In this document: piece by piece, positions 8,346-18,393 of the stretch
Layout of the letters: every line of letters starts with the position of its first letter
Numbering within the stretch: the first letter of the stretch is position 1
IMG/VR virus record: IMGVR_UViG_3300025018_000274
Span: 1-39,576 of that record
DNA from: a virus
Taxonomy: Duplodnaviria > Caudoviricetes
Direction: 5' to 3' (one strand)
Length of the DNA: 39,576 nt
Made by a program: the position numbers and the translations under genes
Notes under the pieces: model-generated
The model's input: only the letters and a program-made list of their open reading frames with translations
Database searches by the model: none
What the model was told of the DNA's origin: nothing

Positions 8346-11300
8346 ATGGCTTTAAATGAACAAGAGAAATATTTTTTAGCTTCAATAGTTGATAAAATAA
8401 AAACCTACCAAATAGCAACTAATTTAAAAGAGGCTTTTTCTAGAAGATCTGGTATTTTTGCTACAACTACTTATAACAACGGAGAAGAAGAAATAGTAGA
8501 CACAGGAATAGAAATATTCCTTGCTTCGAAATCTTTTTATTATTGGCTGCATAAGTATGCAATTGTAGAAATTCCTGGAAGTGGCAACTTTCCCATGGAA
8601 CCCTATCATTTCCAAACTGAATTTGCTAAAGAGATAGAACAATATAGAAAAATAGTAACTCTTAAAACAAGACAAGCTGGTATTTCTACTTTCTCTTCTT
8701 TTTATTGTCTTTGGAGATGCACTTTTAAGAAATCAGAAAATATAGACGTAGTTTCCACTAAGCAGCTAAAAGCCCAACAGTTTGTTAAAAAAATGAAGCC
8801 TACTATGAAGGCTATGCCAGAATGGATGAAACCAAAAGTAAAAAACGAGAATACTCAAATGATAGTCTGGGAATTTCCCGATGGTGCTACATCTCAAATA
8901 TTATCTGAAAGCCAATCTGAGAACGCAGGACGGGGAGATTCTCTTTCTCTTCTTGTTCTAGACGAAGTAGCTTTTTATCAATCTGATAAAATGGTAAGAA
9001 CAATTATTTCTTCTGCTCAACCTACTTTAACAAAAACAGGTGGTCAGCTTTTATTAATATCGTGTGTTAAAAAAGATACTTATATTTATACAGATAAAGG
9101 TTTGCAGCAAGTCCAAGATTTTATACCAGATAACTGCAAACCTGGATATAATAAAATTCCAGAGTTTAAAATAGATGGGATAAACCATAAACAAATTTCT
9201 AGCACATTTTATGATAGCGGTATAACTCCAACTAAAAAAATTCATTTACAAAATGGAATTGTAAATGAAATATCTGAAATCCACCCTTTTTATGTTATAG
9301 ATGAAACTTCACCATTTCCTTATTTTAAACAAACAAAAGACATAAAAGCTGGAGACTATAGTTTGGCTTCCTGTAGAGAAAAAACATTTGGAAACAACGA
9401 CTATTTCAATTTTGAGTATAAATTTGAATCGCACAGAGATAAGTATAATATCCAAAATTTTGATAATGCAATAACCGAGGATATGTCGTATTTCTTTGGA
9501 TTGTTAATTGGCGATGGTTTTATAGATTTTTCTAATCAATGTTGTATTATAACATCAAACGATGAAGAAACTCAAAATTGGTTATTAAACAATCCTCACT
9601 TTAATTGTGTCAGAGAAATAAGAAAAGATGACGATATTCACTTTAGACTACAAGGTAAATATTTAATAACTTTATTAAAAAAACTAGGTTTTACTAAACA
9701 AAAAGCAAAAAACAAAATAATACCTAAAAGATTATTGCAGCTAAGTAGAAAAAATACAGCAGCGTTATTAAGAGGTCTTTTCGATTCTGATGGCCATAGT
9801 AGAACAAGAGACGGATCTATAGGATTTACATCTACAAGTGAAGAGTTGTTAAAGCAAGTTAAGTTGTTGCTTGACATGTTTGGAATACAAATTTCTGATG
9901 AGAGATGGAATTATATAGACCCAAAAAAGTCAACGAGAGTTAACGTGGTAAGTCATGTTGGACAAATTACAATGTCAAGATATTTTTCTAAAATATTTTA
10001 TGAGAAAATTGGCTTCAATATAAAAAGAAAACAAGAAAAATATGAGTCAGTAAAACATATAGAATATAGCTCTTCTCAAAGCTACCCAGACATTAAATTT
10101 TGGATAAGAGATAATCTTATAAATAAATATGTAGATAAAACTTTACAAAAAAATCTATCCACAGATAAAAGAAAAGATTGGGAACATCCATCGAGAATTT
10201 TAAGGTATGAAAGTAGCGATAAAACAACAAGAAATAATATAAAAAAAATTCTTGACTATTATGATGGAATACTTAATGATAAAGAAGAGTATCAGAGATT
10301 GTTGGATTTTTACAATAAGGATTGGTATTTATTAGAAGTAAAAAAAATAGAAAACGGAAAAGAGCATACTTATGATTTTGTTATTCCAGAAACAAGAAGT
10401 TTTTATGCTAATGGAGTTATAGGTTCTAATACACCAAATGGAATAAGTGGATCTGGTGCTTATTACTACGAACAAATTCAAGCTATACTAACTACTAAGC
10501 CAAAGGATTCTAAACTTGTTCAGATAGACTGGTGGATGATACCAGACGATCCAATGATAAAAGGTTCAAAGAAAGGTTTTAACAAGATACTTGAAAATGC
10601 TATAACAGAAGATTATTATAATAATCCAGCAATATTAAAGAAGTATAGAGATATATTTGAACCTATAGCAAGAGAACCAAAGTTAAATCCTTGGCTAAAA
10701 GCACAATTAGAAGACTTGCAGGATGTAAAGTATAAGCAAGAAATTCTTCACGAATTTATTCTTTCTGGTAATAAAGTATTTAACGAGGAAGAGCTTGAAA
10801 GAGTATTTAATAGAATAAAAGAGCCAGTTGAGAAAGATAGATTTAAGGGTAGACAGGTTGATGGTCTTTGGTTTTGGAAAACGCCAAAAGAAGGTAAGAG
10901 ATATATTATGAGTTGTCTTCCAGAAGGGGAATTTGTTTTAACGGATAAAGGCGTTAAAAAAATAGAAGATGTTAAATTCTCTGATTATTTAATAGATAAA
11001 AATGGGAATAATACTAAAATAATTAATAAGCAGATTACTAAAGTTAAAGATGAAAAAATATTAGAAATAAATGTTTCTAATATTTTTAGGAAAACTAAAT
11101 TTACTGGCAACCATCCAATACTATCTTCTAAAGATACGAAAATGGTAAGAAATAGGAAAACTGGGAGAAGATGGCTTTTTGAATGGCAGTTTAACAATGC
11201 AGATAATTTGTCTAAAAATGATTGGCTTGTTTATCCGAATATTTATTTTGACAAAGAAATAAGTGAAGAAGATATTTTAGAAAAATTTAGTTACAAAACA

Positions 11301-12791
11301 AAAAGATTTGATTTTGATATAGAAAAAAATATAATCCTCGACGAAGATTTTTGGTGGTATATAGGACTTTGGCTAGCAGAGGGTTGGACATCAAAGCTAG
11401 GATACTCCAAATCAATTTCAACAGCCCACAATTTAAAAGAAGAAATGTGGATTTATGATAAAATAAAGCACATTTTTTCCAAATATCAAAGAAAACCAAG
11501 CATATCCTTGCATGAAAAAACAAATAGTTTTAAGGTTATTTTTAATTCTGGTCAGATATTTGAATTTCTAAATGAGAACTTTGGTAAATATGCAGATGGA
11601 AAAAAAATTGCAGAGTGGGTAAAATATATTCCAAATAAGTTTAAACTTAAATTAGTAGAAGGTTATCTTGTTGGAGATGGTTGTTATTTTAAGCCAGCAA
11701 GCAGAGAACTATATACAACAAGCTTTGTTTCTATATCGCAAAAACTTTTAGAAGATTTTCAAGATATTCTTTTTTCTTTAGGTTATATTTCTTCCATGGG
11801 TCTTTTAAGGAAAGCCGGAGAAACTATTTTTCCAGATGGAAAAATTTATAAAACAAAAGAAACATACCACCTTAACTTAAATGGAGGAGAATCTTTTAGG
11901 TTGTTGAAGGATTTAGGAAAAGACGTTAATGAAAATTACAATGTAAAAACCAGAAGAAGAATAAGGGATTGTTTTTTCTCAGAGGATAGGAAATTTATAT
12001 ATTTTAAAATAAAAGACATAAAAGAATATAAATACTCTGGATTTGTTTATAATTTTGAGACAGAAGATCACTCTTTCTTATCTAAGGGAATAACCACGCA
12101 CAACTGTGATATCGCTAAGGGAACTTCTAACGACTATTCTTCTTTCCAAGTATTTGATGTAGAAGATTATGAACAGGTTTGCGAATACAAAAACCTTATT
12201 TCTACTCCAGCATTCTCTGCACTTATTAAAGATGTGGCAAGATATTATAATGAGGCATATTGTGTAATAGAAAGTAACGGAGTTGGTGAGGCAGTATTTA
12301 CTAAACTCTATTACGATGAATATGACCCCTATGGAAACTTATACAAAGAGTTTAAGAAGAATAAGAAGGGAGAAACTATTGCTACTGGTTGGACTACAAC
12401 CCAAGCATCAAGACTTCTTATTACAAATACTCTTATAGATTGGATAAAAGTAGAAGAACTTTTTTCCACTATAAAAATTTATAGTAGCAGAACATATAAT
12501 GAAATGACTACATGGATCTATGGATCTGGCGGTAGACCTATTCACGTAGATGGAGCAAACGACGACTTACTTATATCGCTAGCTTTATCCCTTTATAATA
12601 GGCATAGAGCAGTAAATTCTGGACAATCTTTTCTTATAGCAGAAGATGGAAAAGTTTTGTCTTATGAAAATTCTAAAAACGAAGAAGTAGAAAAAGGAAT
12701 GTTTGGTTTAATAACTAGCGACAATGATACAGACGATGAAGGTTTTACAAAAGAAATGGCCGATGCATACAATTGGCTTATTTCTGGTTAG
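8346..12791 (+). CDS. terL: Terminase large subunit (gp17-like) with two inteins; 628 aa after splicing
   Basis: Deviant Walker A KTRQAGIST, GRG, Walker B LLVLDEVAF; splicing restores LLIS-TPNG and nuclease YIMS-CDIAKGTSNDYS; IESNGVG; C-terminal NDDLLISLAL. Confidence 0.95.
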   Translation: MALNEQEKYFLASIVDKIKTYQIATNLKEAFSRRSGIFATTTYNNGEEEIVDTGIEIFLASKSFYYWLHKYAIVEIPGSGNFPMEPYHFQTEFAKEIEQYRKIVTLKTRQAGISTFSSFYCLWRCTFKKSENIDVVSTKQLKAQQFVKKMKPTMKAMPEWMKPKVKNENTQMIVWEFPDGATSQILSESQSENAGRGDSLSLLVLDEVAFYQSDKMVRTIISSAQPTLTKTGGQLLLISCVKKDTYIYTDKGLQQVQDFIPDNCKPGYNKIPEFKIDGINHKQISSTFYDSGITPTKKIHLQNGIVNEISEIHPFYVIDETSPFPYFKQTKDIKAGDYSLASCREKTFGNNDYFNFEYKFESHRDKYNIQNFDNAITEDMSYFFGLLIGDGFIDFSNQCCIITSNDEETQNWLLNNPHFNCVREIRKDDDIHFRLQGKYLITLLKKLGFTKQKAKNKIIPKRLLQLSRKNTAALLRGLFDSDGHSRTRDGSIGFTSTSEELLKQVKLLLDMFGIQISDERWNYIDPKKSTRVNVVSHVGQITMSRYFSKIFYEKIGFNIKRKQEKYESVKHIEYSSSQSYPDIKFWIRDNLINKYVDKTLQKNLSTDKRKDWEHPSRILRYESSDKTTRNNIKKILDYYDGILNDKEEYQRLLDFYNKDWYLLEVKKIENGKEHTYDFVIPETRSFYANGVIGSNTPNGISGSGAYYYEQIQAILTTKPKDSKLVQIDWWMIPDDPMIKGSKKGFNKILENAITEDYYNNPAILKKYRDIFEPIAREPKLNPWLKAQLEDLQDVKYKQEILHEFILSGNKVFNEEELERVFNRIKEPVEKDRFKGRQVDGLWFWKTPKEGKRYIMSCLPEGEFVLTDKGVKKIEDVKFSDYLIDKNGNNTKIINKQITKVKDEKILEINVSNIFRKTKFTGNHPILSSKDTKMVRNRKTGRRWLFEWQFNNADNLSKNDWLVYPNIYFDKEISEEDILEKFSYKTKRFDFDIEKNIILDEDFWWYIGLWLAEGWTSKLGYSKSISTAHNLKEEMWIYDKIKHIFSKYQRKPSISLHEKTNSFKVIFNSGQIFEFLNENFGKYADGKKIAEWVKYIPNKFKLKLVEGYLVGDGCYFKPASRELYTTSFVSISQKLLEDFQDILFSLGYISSMGLLRKAGETIFPDGKIYKTKETYHLNLNGGESFRLLKDLGKDVNENYNVKTRRRIRDCFFSEDRKFIYFKIKDIKEYKYSGFVYNFETEDHSFLSKGITTHNCDIAKGTSNDYSSFQVFDVEDYEQVCEYKNLISTPAFSALIKDVARYYNEAYCVIESNGVGEAVFTKLYYDEYDPYGNLYKEFKKNKKGETIATGWTTTQASRLLITNTLIDWIKVEELFSTIKIYSSRTYNEMTTWIYGSGGRPIHVDGANDDLLISLALSLYNRHRAVNSGQSFLIAEDGKVLSYENSKNEEVEKGMFGLITSDNDTDDEGFTKEMADAYNWLISG
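9063..10430 (+). mobile_element. Intein 1 in TerL (456 aa) with LAGLIDADG endonuclease
   Basis: N-term CVKKDTYI; block B SEIHPF; FGLLIGDG and RGLFDSDG; C-term TYDFVIPETRSFYANGVIGSN|T. Confidence 0.93.
10914..12104 (+). mobile_element. Intein 2 in TerL (397 aa) with LAGLIDADG endonuclease
   Basis: N-term CLPEGEFVLT; block B FTGNHP; IGLWLAEG and EGYLVGDG; C-term VYNFETEDHSFLSKGITTHN|C. Confidence 0.95.
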
Positions 12792-12800
12792 GAGAAAAAA

Positions 12801-13241
12801 ATGACTAATAGGCAAATATTTGAGAAGCTTAATGATATAGAAGACCCAGCTCTTGAATTAGACAAGAAGATTGAAAACAATAGTTTTAATAAAACTAGAA
12901 GAAGAAAGAAGTTAAAAACAAAAGGAAAGGCTACCGGAGAAATAGCTCTTACGCAAAACACCGGAAGAGTTGCTAATAAAGAAACTCTATATGATAAAAT
13001 GTCGAGGAAACAAGAAGAGAAAGTTGAAGAACAAATAAAATTTCAAAGTATAGACGGTATATATATAAACGTCATATTTGAAGGAAAAGAGTATGACTTC
13101 TCTCGTTTGATGTTTGATAAAATAAATGGAAGCGATAAGAACAGTTCTAGAATTATCAACAAAATTAGAGAAATGAAAAATAAAGATAAGTATAGCGGTT
13201 CTCTTTATGAATACGTTACAGAACTTTCCAAAAAAGGATAA
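12801..13241 (+). CDS. Hypothetical protein
   Basis: AGGAG RBS; 146-aa basic ORF between terminase and portal. Confidence 0.75.
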   Translation: MTNRQIFEKLNDIEDPALELDKKIENNSFNKTRRRKKLKTKGKATGEIALTQNTGRVANKETLYDKMSRKQEEKVEEQIKFQSIDGIYINVIFEGKEYDFSRLMFDKINGSDKNSSRIINKIREMKNKDKYSGSLYEYVTELSKKG

Positions 13242-13249
13242 AACATACT

Positions 13250-15235
13250 ATGCTTGTGAATGGAAAAGAGGTTTTCTATAGTAATTATACAGAAGAGAGC
13301 CAAAAACAAAGTATCAATATTCAAGATAAGATTGCTGGTGCTACAAAAAATTTCGATATAATTTCTGATGTTACTTCTAAAGAGTTAAAACAATTAGAAG
13401 CTCAATATAACACTGACTTCTCTGAAGTTACAAATGGTTTTGGTTTTTTTGATAGCGAAAAAGCAACAAATGAAGACTATGAAGATAGAAAAGAAAATTA
13501 TGTAGTTTATGATTTAATGGACCAAAATGAATATCTTCATAGAGGTCTTGAAATTATAGCAGACGATTCTACTCAAAAAAATGATGACGCACAGGTAATA
13601 AAAATATTAACTGATGATGAAAAAAAGAAAGAAATTTTAGATGAACTTTTTTATGATACCCTTGATCTTAATAACGAGATATGGTCTATAGTTTATGAAA
13701 CTTGTAAAAAAGGCGATGGCTTTTACGAAGTAGTTCCAGACAACTATAAAAATCCAAAGAAGATAATGAAACTAAAGTGGCTTGATCCTTTGAGAGTAGA
13801 TAGAATAGAAAGAAATGATAAGCTATTGTATTTTAAATACACAGTTCCAGTTGAAGGTCCAGCAAGCCAAAAAGAAAAAACAATAGCAGAATATAAACTT
13901 ATGCCTTGGCAAGTTCTTCACTTTAAAGTTTTGGAAGATAAAAAATTAAAGCCATATGGAAGATCTTTGTTTGAAAGCGGTAAAAGAACATTTAGAAGAC
14001 TTTCTTTAATTGAAGACATGATGCTTGTTTATAGAATAAGTAGATCTCCTGAGAAGAGAGTTTTTTATATAGACGTAGGTAATCTAAATCCAGTAGAAGC
14101 AAAAAAGTTTCTGCAGAATATGAAGAATAGTTATAGATCTAAAAATACTATGGATCTTAATGGAAAGTATTCTAAAGTTCAAAACGTTACATCTATAACT
14201 TCAGATATATTTATTCCAGTAAAAGAAGGCGGAGCTTCATCAAGAATAGAAACTTTGCAATCTGGACAAGCATTCGCAAATATGGATGATGTTAAATATT
14301 TTGCAGAGAAACTATTAAGAAGTATTAATATTCCAATTAGCTTTATTGACGATGTTGCTTCTAGAAATCAATCTCTTTCTCAAATAGACTCTAGATTTGC
14401 AAGATTTATAGAAAGAATACAATCACAAATAAAGAAAGGCCTTAATAAATTGGCTACTTTAGAGCTTGTGTTTAGAGGATTTAAAGAAGAAGATTTAATT
14501 GATTATAAGCTTGAACTTAAAAATCCATCACAAGCAAAAGAGGTTATGGAAATAGAAATCATAAACCAGAAAATGAGTATGCTTAGCAATTTGCTAAACG
14601 TTCAAGTATTCCCAACCCAATGGATACTTAAGAAATTTTTGAAGTTTAATGATAAAGAAATATCTGATATAATGATGTTTAAGAAACTAGAAGATCAAGA
14701 AAAGATGCAACAACAAATGGGAGCTGGCGGTGCGGATATGGGAATGGCTGGCGCTGACATGGGATTAGGTGGAGCAGATATGGGAATGGCTGGCGATGCA
14801 GGGGTTCCACCAGAAGGTGGAGAAGTTCCAGCTGATACAGGAGTTCCGCCAGAAGGTGGAGAGGTTCCAGCTGAAGTAAATGTTGGAGCAGCCCCAGAGC
14901 CAGAACAATTAACGGCTTCAGTTATGTATAATCTTTATGGAAGAAAATTCTTGCTTGAAGAAAATAAGGAATCCTTTTTTGATCTTATTAGATATATAAA
15001 AGAAAGAGAAAAGCCATCTGAAATGATGAATATTTTTGAAAGTGCATTTGAAGAATTAAGAAAGCCAAGAGTTACAAGCAAGAAAACTGAAGGCTTTAAT
15101 AGAATGAAAATACTAAATGAATTAGGTGGAATTGATCTGGAAAAAAGATATGTAAGTGTATATCTTAAAGAAGGAGAAGTTTCTTTGGATGGCTCAGATA
15201 AAAAAATAATACCACTTTCTGAGGAGATAAGTTAA
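13250..15235 (+). CDS. gp20: Portal protein (T4 gp20-like)
   Basis: LSLIEDMMLVYRISRSPEKRVFYIDVGNL, DIFIPV, SRIETL, DDVKYF, RFARFIERIQ match gp20-family motifs. Confidence 0.93.
   Translation: MLVNGKEVFYSNYTEESQKQSINIQDKIAGATKNFDIISDVTSKELKQLEAQYNTDFSEVTNGFGFFDSEKATNEDYEDRKENYVVYDLMDQNEYLHRGLEIIADDSTQKNDDAQVIKILTDDEKKKEILDELFYDTLDLNNEIWSIVYETCKKGDGFYEVVPDNYKNPKKIMKLKWLDPLRVDRIERNDKLLYFKYTVPVEGPASQKEKTIAEYKLMPWQVLHFKVLEDKKLKPYGRSLFESGKRTFRRLSLIEDMMLVYRISRSPEKRVFYIDVGNLNPVEAKKFLQNMKNSYRSKNTMDLNGKYSKVQNVTSITSDIFIPVKEGGASSRIETLQSGQAFANMDDVKYFAEKLLRSINIPISFIDDVASRNQSLSQIDSRFARFIERIQSQIKKGLNKLATLELVFRGFKEEDLIDYKLELKNPSQAKEVMEIEIINQKMSMLSNLLNVQVFPTQWILKKFLKFNDKEISDIMMFKKLEDQEKMQQQMGAGGADMGMAGADMGLGGADMGMAGDAGVPPEGGEVPADTGVPPEGGEVPAEVNVGAAPEPEQLTASVMYNLYGRKFLLEENKESFFDLIRYIKEREKPSEMMNIFESAFEELRKPRVTSKKTEGFNRMKILNELGGIDLEKRYVSVYLKEGEVSLDGSDKKIIPLSEEIS
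14729..14872 (+). repeat. Coding tandem repeats in the portal C-terminus: GADMG(M/L)(A/G) x3 and D(A/T)GVPPEGGEVPA x2
   Basis: 21-nt and 39-nt periodic units read directly. Confidence 0.9.
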
Positions 15236-15261
15236 AAGATTTTAACGTTGGAAAGTTAAAT

Positions 15262-15726
15262 ATGTCAAGAAAAAAAATGATGCTAAAAGCCCTTCTAGAA
15301 GAAGTCAAGAAAGATTTTCTTATTGATCTAGAAGTAGGACAGTTCTTTGAAACAATTAATACCGTATTCCCAAAAGAAGAAGTTCCAAAAGAAGAAAGGA
15401 ACATCTTAGTAGAGGAAAGTGTTTTCGCTACTAAACCCCTAGCCTGTTCCCGAAAAACAAAACAAGAGTTTATAAAAGAAAGTTCACCCTTCTCTGGATG
15501 GTTTAAAAATCCAAAGAAGGGTGATTTATTAGAGGTTGTTGAAGTTTTACCAGATGGTTCTGGCATATTTGTAAACAAAAGTATAAATGAAGAAATAGCT
15601 AAAAAACAGTATTCTACAGAAAACTTAAAATTTATACATTTTGGAAAATTAGATATTATAGAAGGCAAAATAAAAAGAATTTATAGAAACTTAAATAAGT
15701 TTTTACAAGGAGATAATGATGAATAA
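15262..15726 (+). CDS. Hypothetical protein
   Basis: 154-aa ORF in the head operon, several (L/I/V)xE sites. Confidence 0.7.
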   Translation: MSRKKMMLKALLEEVKKDFLIDLEVGQFFETINTVFPKEEVPKEERNILVEESVFATKPLACSRKTKQEFIKESSPFSGWFKNPKKGDLLEVVEVLPDGSGIFVNKSINEEIAKKQYSTENLKFIHFGKLDIIEGKIKRIYRNLNKFLQGDNDE

Positions 15727-16840
15727 AATGACTGTAGCTCAGCTTGAGTATGCAAATATTCTTAATAACGAGAATAAGCAGAAAATTCTTGAGAAATTAG
15801 TTAACGAAACAGATAACGCAAGTTTTGTTTCTATGTTTGAAGACAATAGTGCTATTCTTTTCGATCACGAAGAAGGCAATTTTTATGTCTCGGATTTTCA
15901 AGTTAATGAAGATAATCTTCAAGTAACTTTTAAGAACTTCGAAAAGATTGAAATCGTTAAAGAAAAAAATCTTTTATCAGAAGCTGTTTACAACTTCTTT
16001 GATGAAGACGATGAAGATGTTATGAAGCTTGCAGAAGCTTATTCTTCTTACTATAAGCAAGACTATTATGTTTCTGAACTTATTAGCAAAGCTATGTCTA
16101 AGAAAGATTTTTCTAACATAATTGATTATAGTTCAATTGTAGAAAGCGAGAAGGTAGATATTGAAGGACTTATGGAAGAAGACTGGTTTGTTTCTTATCA
16201 GAACAGATTGGACGATAAACCAATGACTGAAATTAAGCACCTTAACTGGAACAAAGATTCCGTTTCTGTTTCTTTACTTGAATCTGAAAAAGTTAAGAAA
16301 GTTACCGAAAACAAATTTGAAAGAGCACAAGATCTTTGGAAAGTAGAGAAATTCAGAAAGGCTATCGTAGAAGCTTCTTCTGCTTTCGTTGATGATGTTG
16401 AGGAAGGAACAAGCTTGTTTGCAGAAGCAATTTCACAGTTTCCTGAATTTGCTCTTTTGGATGGTTCTGAGAAGAAAGAAATTATCGCAAAGACAATTTT
16501 GTTTGATGGAAAGCTTAAGACTTCTGCTAAGCAAATCACAGAAGGTTTTACTGCTAAACTTAAAGATGGTACTTTTGATTTAATTCTTGAAGAAGCAGAA
16601 GAAGCACTTGCTGATGCAGGAGAAACTGGCGACGATAAAGAAGACGATAAGCCAGCAAGCCTTACTCCAGATCAAATAAGAAAACTTAAGCAAGAACTTG
16701 AGAAGATTGCTGATGAGTGCGAAGACGAAAAACTCTCAGATAAGATTGAAGCAGTTATAAAGAAGCTCGAAGAAAGCGCTGAACAAAATTACACAGACGT
16801 ATTTGCGGTAAGAGAAGCAGTTTCTCTTATTACGCTCTAA
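15716..16840 (+). CDS. Acidic protein, probable prohead core component
   Basis: AAGGAG RBS; between portal and protease; many (L/I)xE sites (LLSE, IVES, LLES, ITEG, ILEE). Confidence 0.55.
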   Translation: MMNKMTVAQLEYANILNNENKQKILEKLVNETDNASFVSMFEDNSAILFDHEEGNFYVSDFQVNEDNLQVTFKNFEKIEIVKEKNLLSEAVYNFFDEDDEDVMKLAEAYSSYYKQDYYVSELISKAMSKKDFSNIIDYSSIVESEKVDIEGLMEEDWFVSYQNRLDDKPMTEIKHLNWNKDSVSVSLLESEKVKKVTENKFERAQDLWKVEKFRKAIVEASSAFVDDVEEGTSLFAEAISQFPEFALLDGSEKKEIIAKTILFDGKLKTSAKQITEGFTAKLKDGTFDLILEEAEEALADAGETGDDKEDDKPASLTPDQIRKLKQELEKIADECEDEKLSDKIEAVIKKLEESAEQNYTDVFAVREAVSLITL

Positions 16841-16852
16841 GGAGAACCTAGA

Positions 16853-17386
16853 ATGAGAACTCAAGATAAATATCTCCAAGAAGGAGTTATTGCCGAAAAA
16901 GAGCTTTCACAAAAAGAGCAGGAATTTCTTTCCCTTGTAAGTATGGTAAAGGGATATAAGAAAAATTTTGATGAATTCATGGATCATCCTGAAAACTTAA
17001 AAGGTAATTTTGCTAATCAGATCAAAGATCTTTTTGATGCTGTAGAAGATGCAGAGAAAGAATATAAGTCAAAGCCTACTGCGAAAAATTTTCCAGACGA
17101 TAAAGCTGCTAGAAAGCAACGTCTAAACTTTTTTAAGTTGAAGATAATGAGAATGAAACAAAAACTTCCCCTTTTGAAGGATATGGCAAAGAAAGGCGGA
17201 GAAACAACTTCTAAGAAGAAGGTTGAATCTGCTCAAAATGCGTCTAAAGAAAGAAAAGAGCAGAAATATGCTTCTGAAAGACAAAAGGCTTATTCTGAAG
17301 TAAAAGGAAAAGTTGAGGCTTTCAAAAATTCTAAAGATTTTAAGAGTTTTGGAGAAAGAGTTCGTTCTCATATGACGAACAAATAA
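16853..17386 (+). CDS. Basic helical protein, possible head-internal protein
   Basis: AAGGAG RBS; leader MRTQDKYLQE. Confidence 0.75.
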   Translation: MRTQDKYLQEGVIAEKELSQKEQEFLSLVSMVKGYKKNFDEFMDHPENLKGNFANQIKDLFDAVEDAEKEYKSKPTAKNFPDDKAARKQRLNFFKLKIMRMKQKLPLLKDMAKKGGETTSKKKVESAQNASKERKEQKYASERQKAYSEVKGKVEAFKNSKDFKSFGERVRSHMTNK

Positions 17387-17398
17387 AAGGAAAAAAAC

Positions 17399-18382
17399 AT
17401 GGTAAGTCTAATAAAATCTATTAGAACTAACAGCGGAGTAGAAGAATTGATAGCCGAGAATTATCTCGGTTATCAAAACTATAATGATGATATACAACTC
17501 GAAGAGGGTTTAGTATTTTTCAAAAATAGTAAAAGACTAACTAAGCTAGCGTTCAAGATGGATAAAAAATCTAATAAAGCCAAAAACCCTGTTTATAGAG
17601 AAGAACTCCAAAAACTTTCCACAAAAATGAAAGAAGCAGCAAAAGATTTTGAGGTTCTTGAAAACAAATATAAAGCAGCTAGAGGCTCAGATAAGAAAAA
17701 AGTAAAAGAAGAATTTGCTGGATTAAAGAAAAACTACTCTGATTTAGTCTCTATGGTAAACAAAGAAACAGTAAGAAAGGCAATTTTATCAGTCGGTCTT
17801 GGTGCTTTAACTGCATTCTCTATTTTTAATCTATATGGTTTTATAGTTTCTGCTGGAGGATTAAGTCCAGCCGTTGCAACAGCTACAGCTGAAGCTTCTA
17901 AACTTCTAAGTGGAGCAAGAAATGTTGTTACACAAAGATTAGAAAAAGCTTTTCAATTTATAAAACAAAATCCAAATGTCGCTCCAGAAGTAGAGTTTTC
18001 TTCTTCTCAGCTTTCTATGCTTGACGCTGGAGCAGATAGAGCAATTGGAAGTGTTGCAACAAGAGAAGCCTCTAGACAAGCTTTTGCTGCCGCAAGATCT
18101 GGCGCAGAAAGCTCTTTGGATGCTGGAGCTATGGGAGCTACCGTAGGAAGTGTTGCAGCTAGAAGAGCTGCCGTTAATGCCATTAGAAGAACAAGATCTT
18201 CTATGGTCGAAATGAAAGAATATGAAGAAGGAGTTTCTTTGTTTGAAGGCTATATAGTCGATAAAAATTCAAAGAAAGGATTTGTAAAAAATCTTTTTGA
18301 GGAAATCTACAAAAACACTTCTTTCGAAAATACTGAAGAATGGTTTATTGCTTATAAAGCAATAACATCTTTAGATAAGTAA
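17399..18382 (+). CDS. Membrane-anchored protein, EG(L/I)VFFK paralog 3
   Basis: LEEGLVFFKNSKRL, coiled coil, TM AILSVGLGALTAFSIFNLYGFIVSAGGL, Ala/Gly-rich duplicated tail. Confidence 0.8.
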   Translation: MVSLIKSIRTNSGVEELIAENYLGYQNYNDDIQLEEGLVFFKNSKRLTKLAFKMDKKSNKAKNPVYREELQKLSTKMKEAAKDFEVLENKYKAARGSDKKKVKEEFAGLKKNYSDLVSMVNKETVRKAILSVGLGALTAFSIFNLYGFIVSAGGLSPAVATATAEASKLLSGARNVVTQRLEKAFQFIKQNPNVAPEVEFSSSQLSMLDAGADRAIGSVATREASRQAFAAARSGAESSLDAGAMGATVGSVAARRAAVNAIRRTRSSMVEMKEYEEGVSLFEGYIVDKNSKKGFVKNLFEEIYKNTSFENTEEWFIAYKAITSLDK

Positions 18383-18393
18383 CGGAGAAAAAA

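Noticed and set aside
8658-8690. Walker A lacking the canonical GKT (RQAGIST) as a sign of an inactive terminase
   Set aside because: Deviant P-loops with an upstream Lys occur in terminases; all other motifs are intact
13180-13189. ATAAAGATAA upstream of the portal (also GGAAAGTTAA at 15250) as extra late promoters
   Set aside because: One mismatch, in coding A-rich DNA or too close to the start; cannot be separated from chance
14729-14872. Repeats as a CRISPR or ncRNA array
   Set aside because: In-frame coding repeats with synonymous variation and no spacers
15165-15668. 167-aa antisense ORF and the other short antisense ORFs in the track
   Set aside because: They overlap well-supported genes on the opposite strand and lack RBS or recognisable motifs
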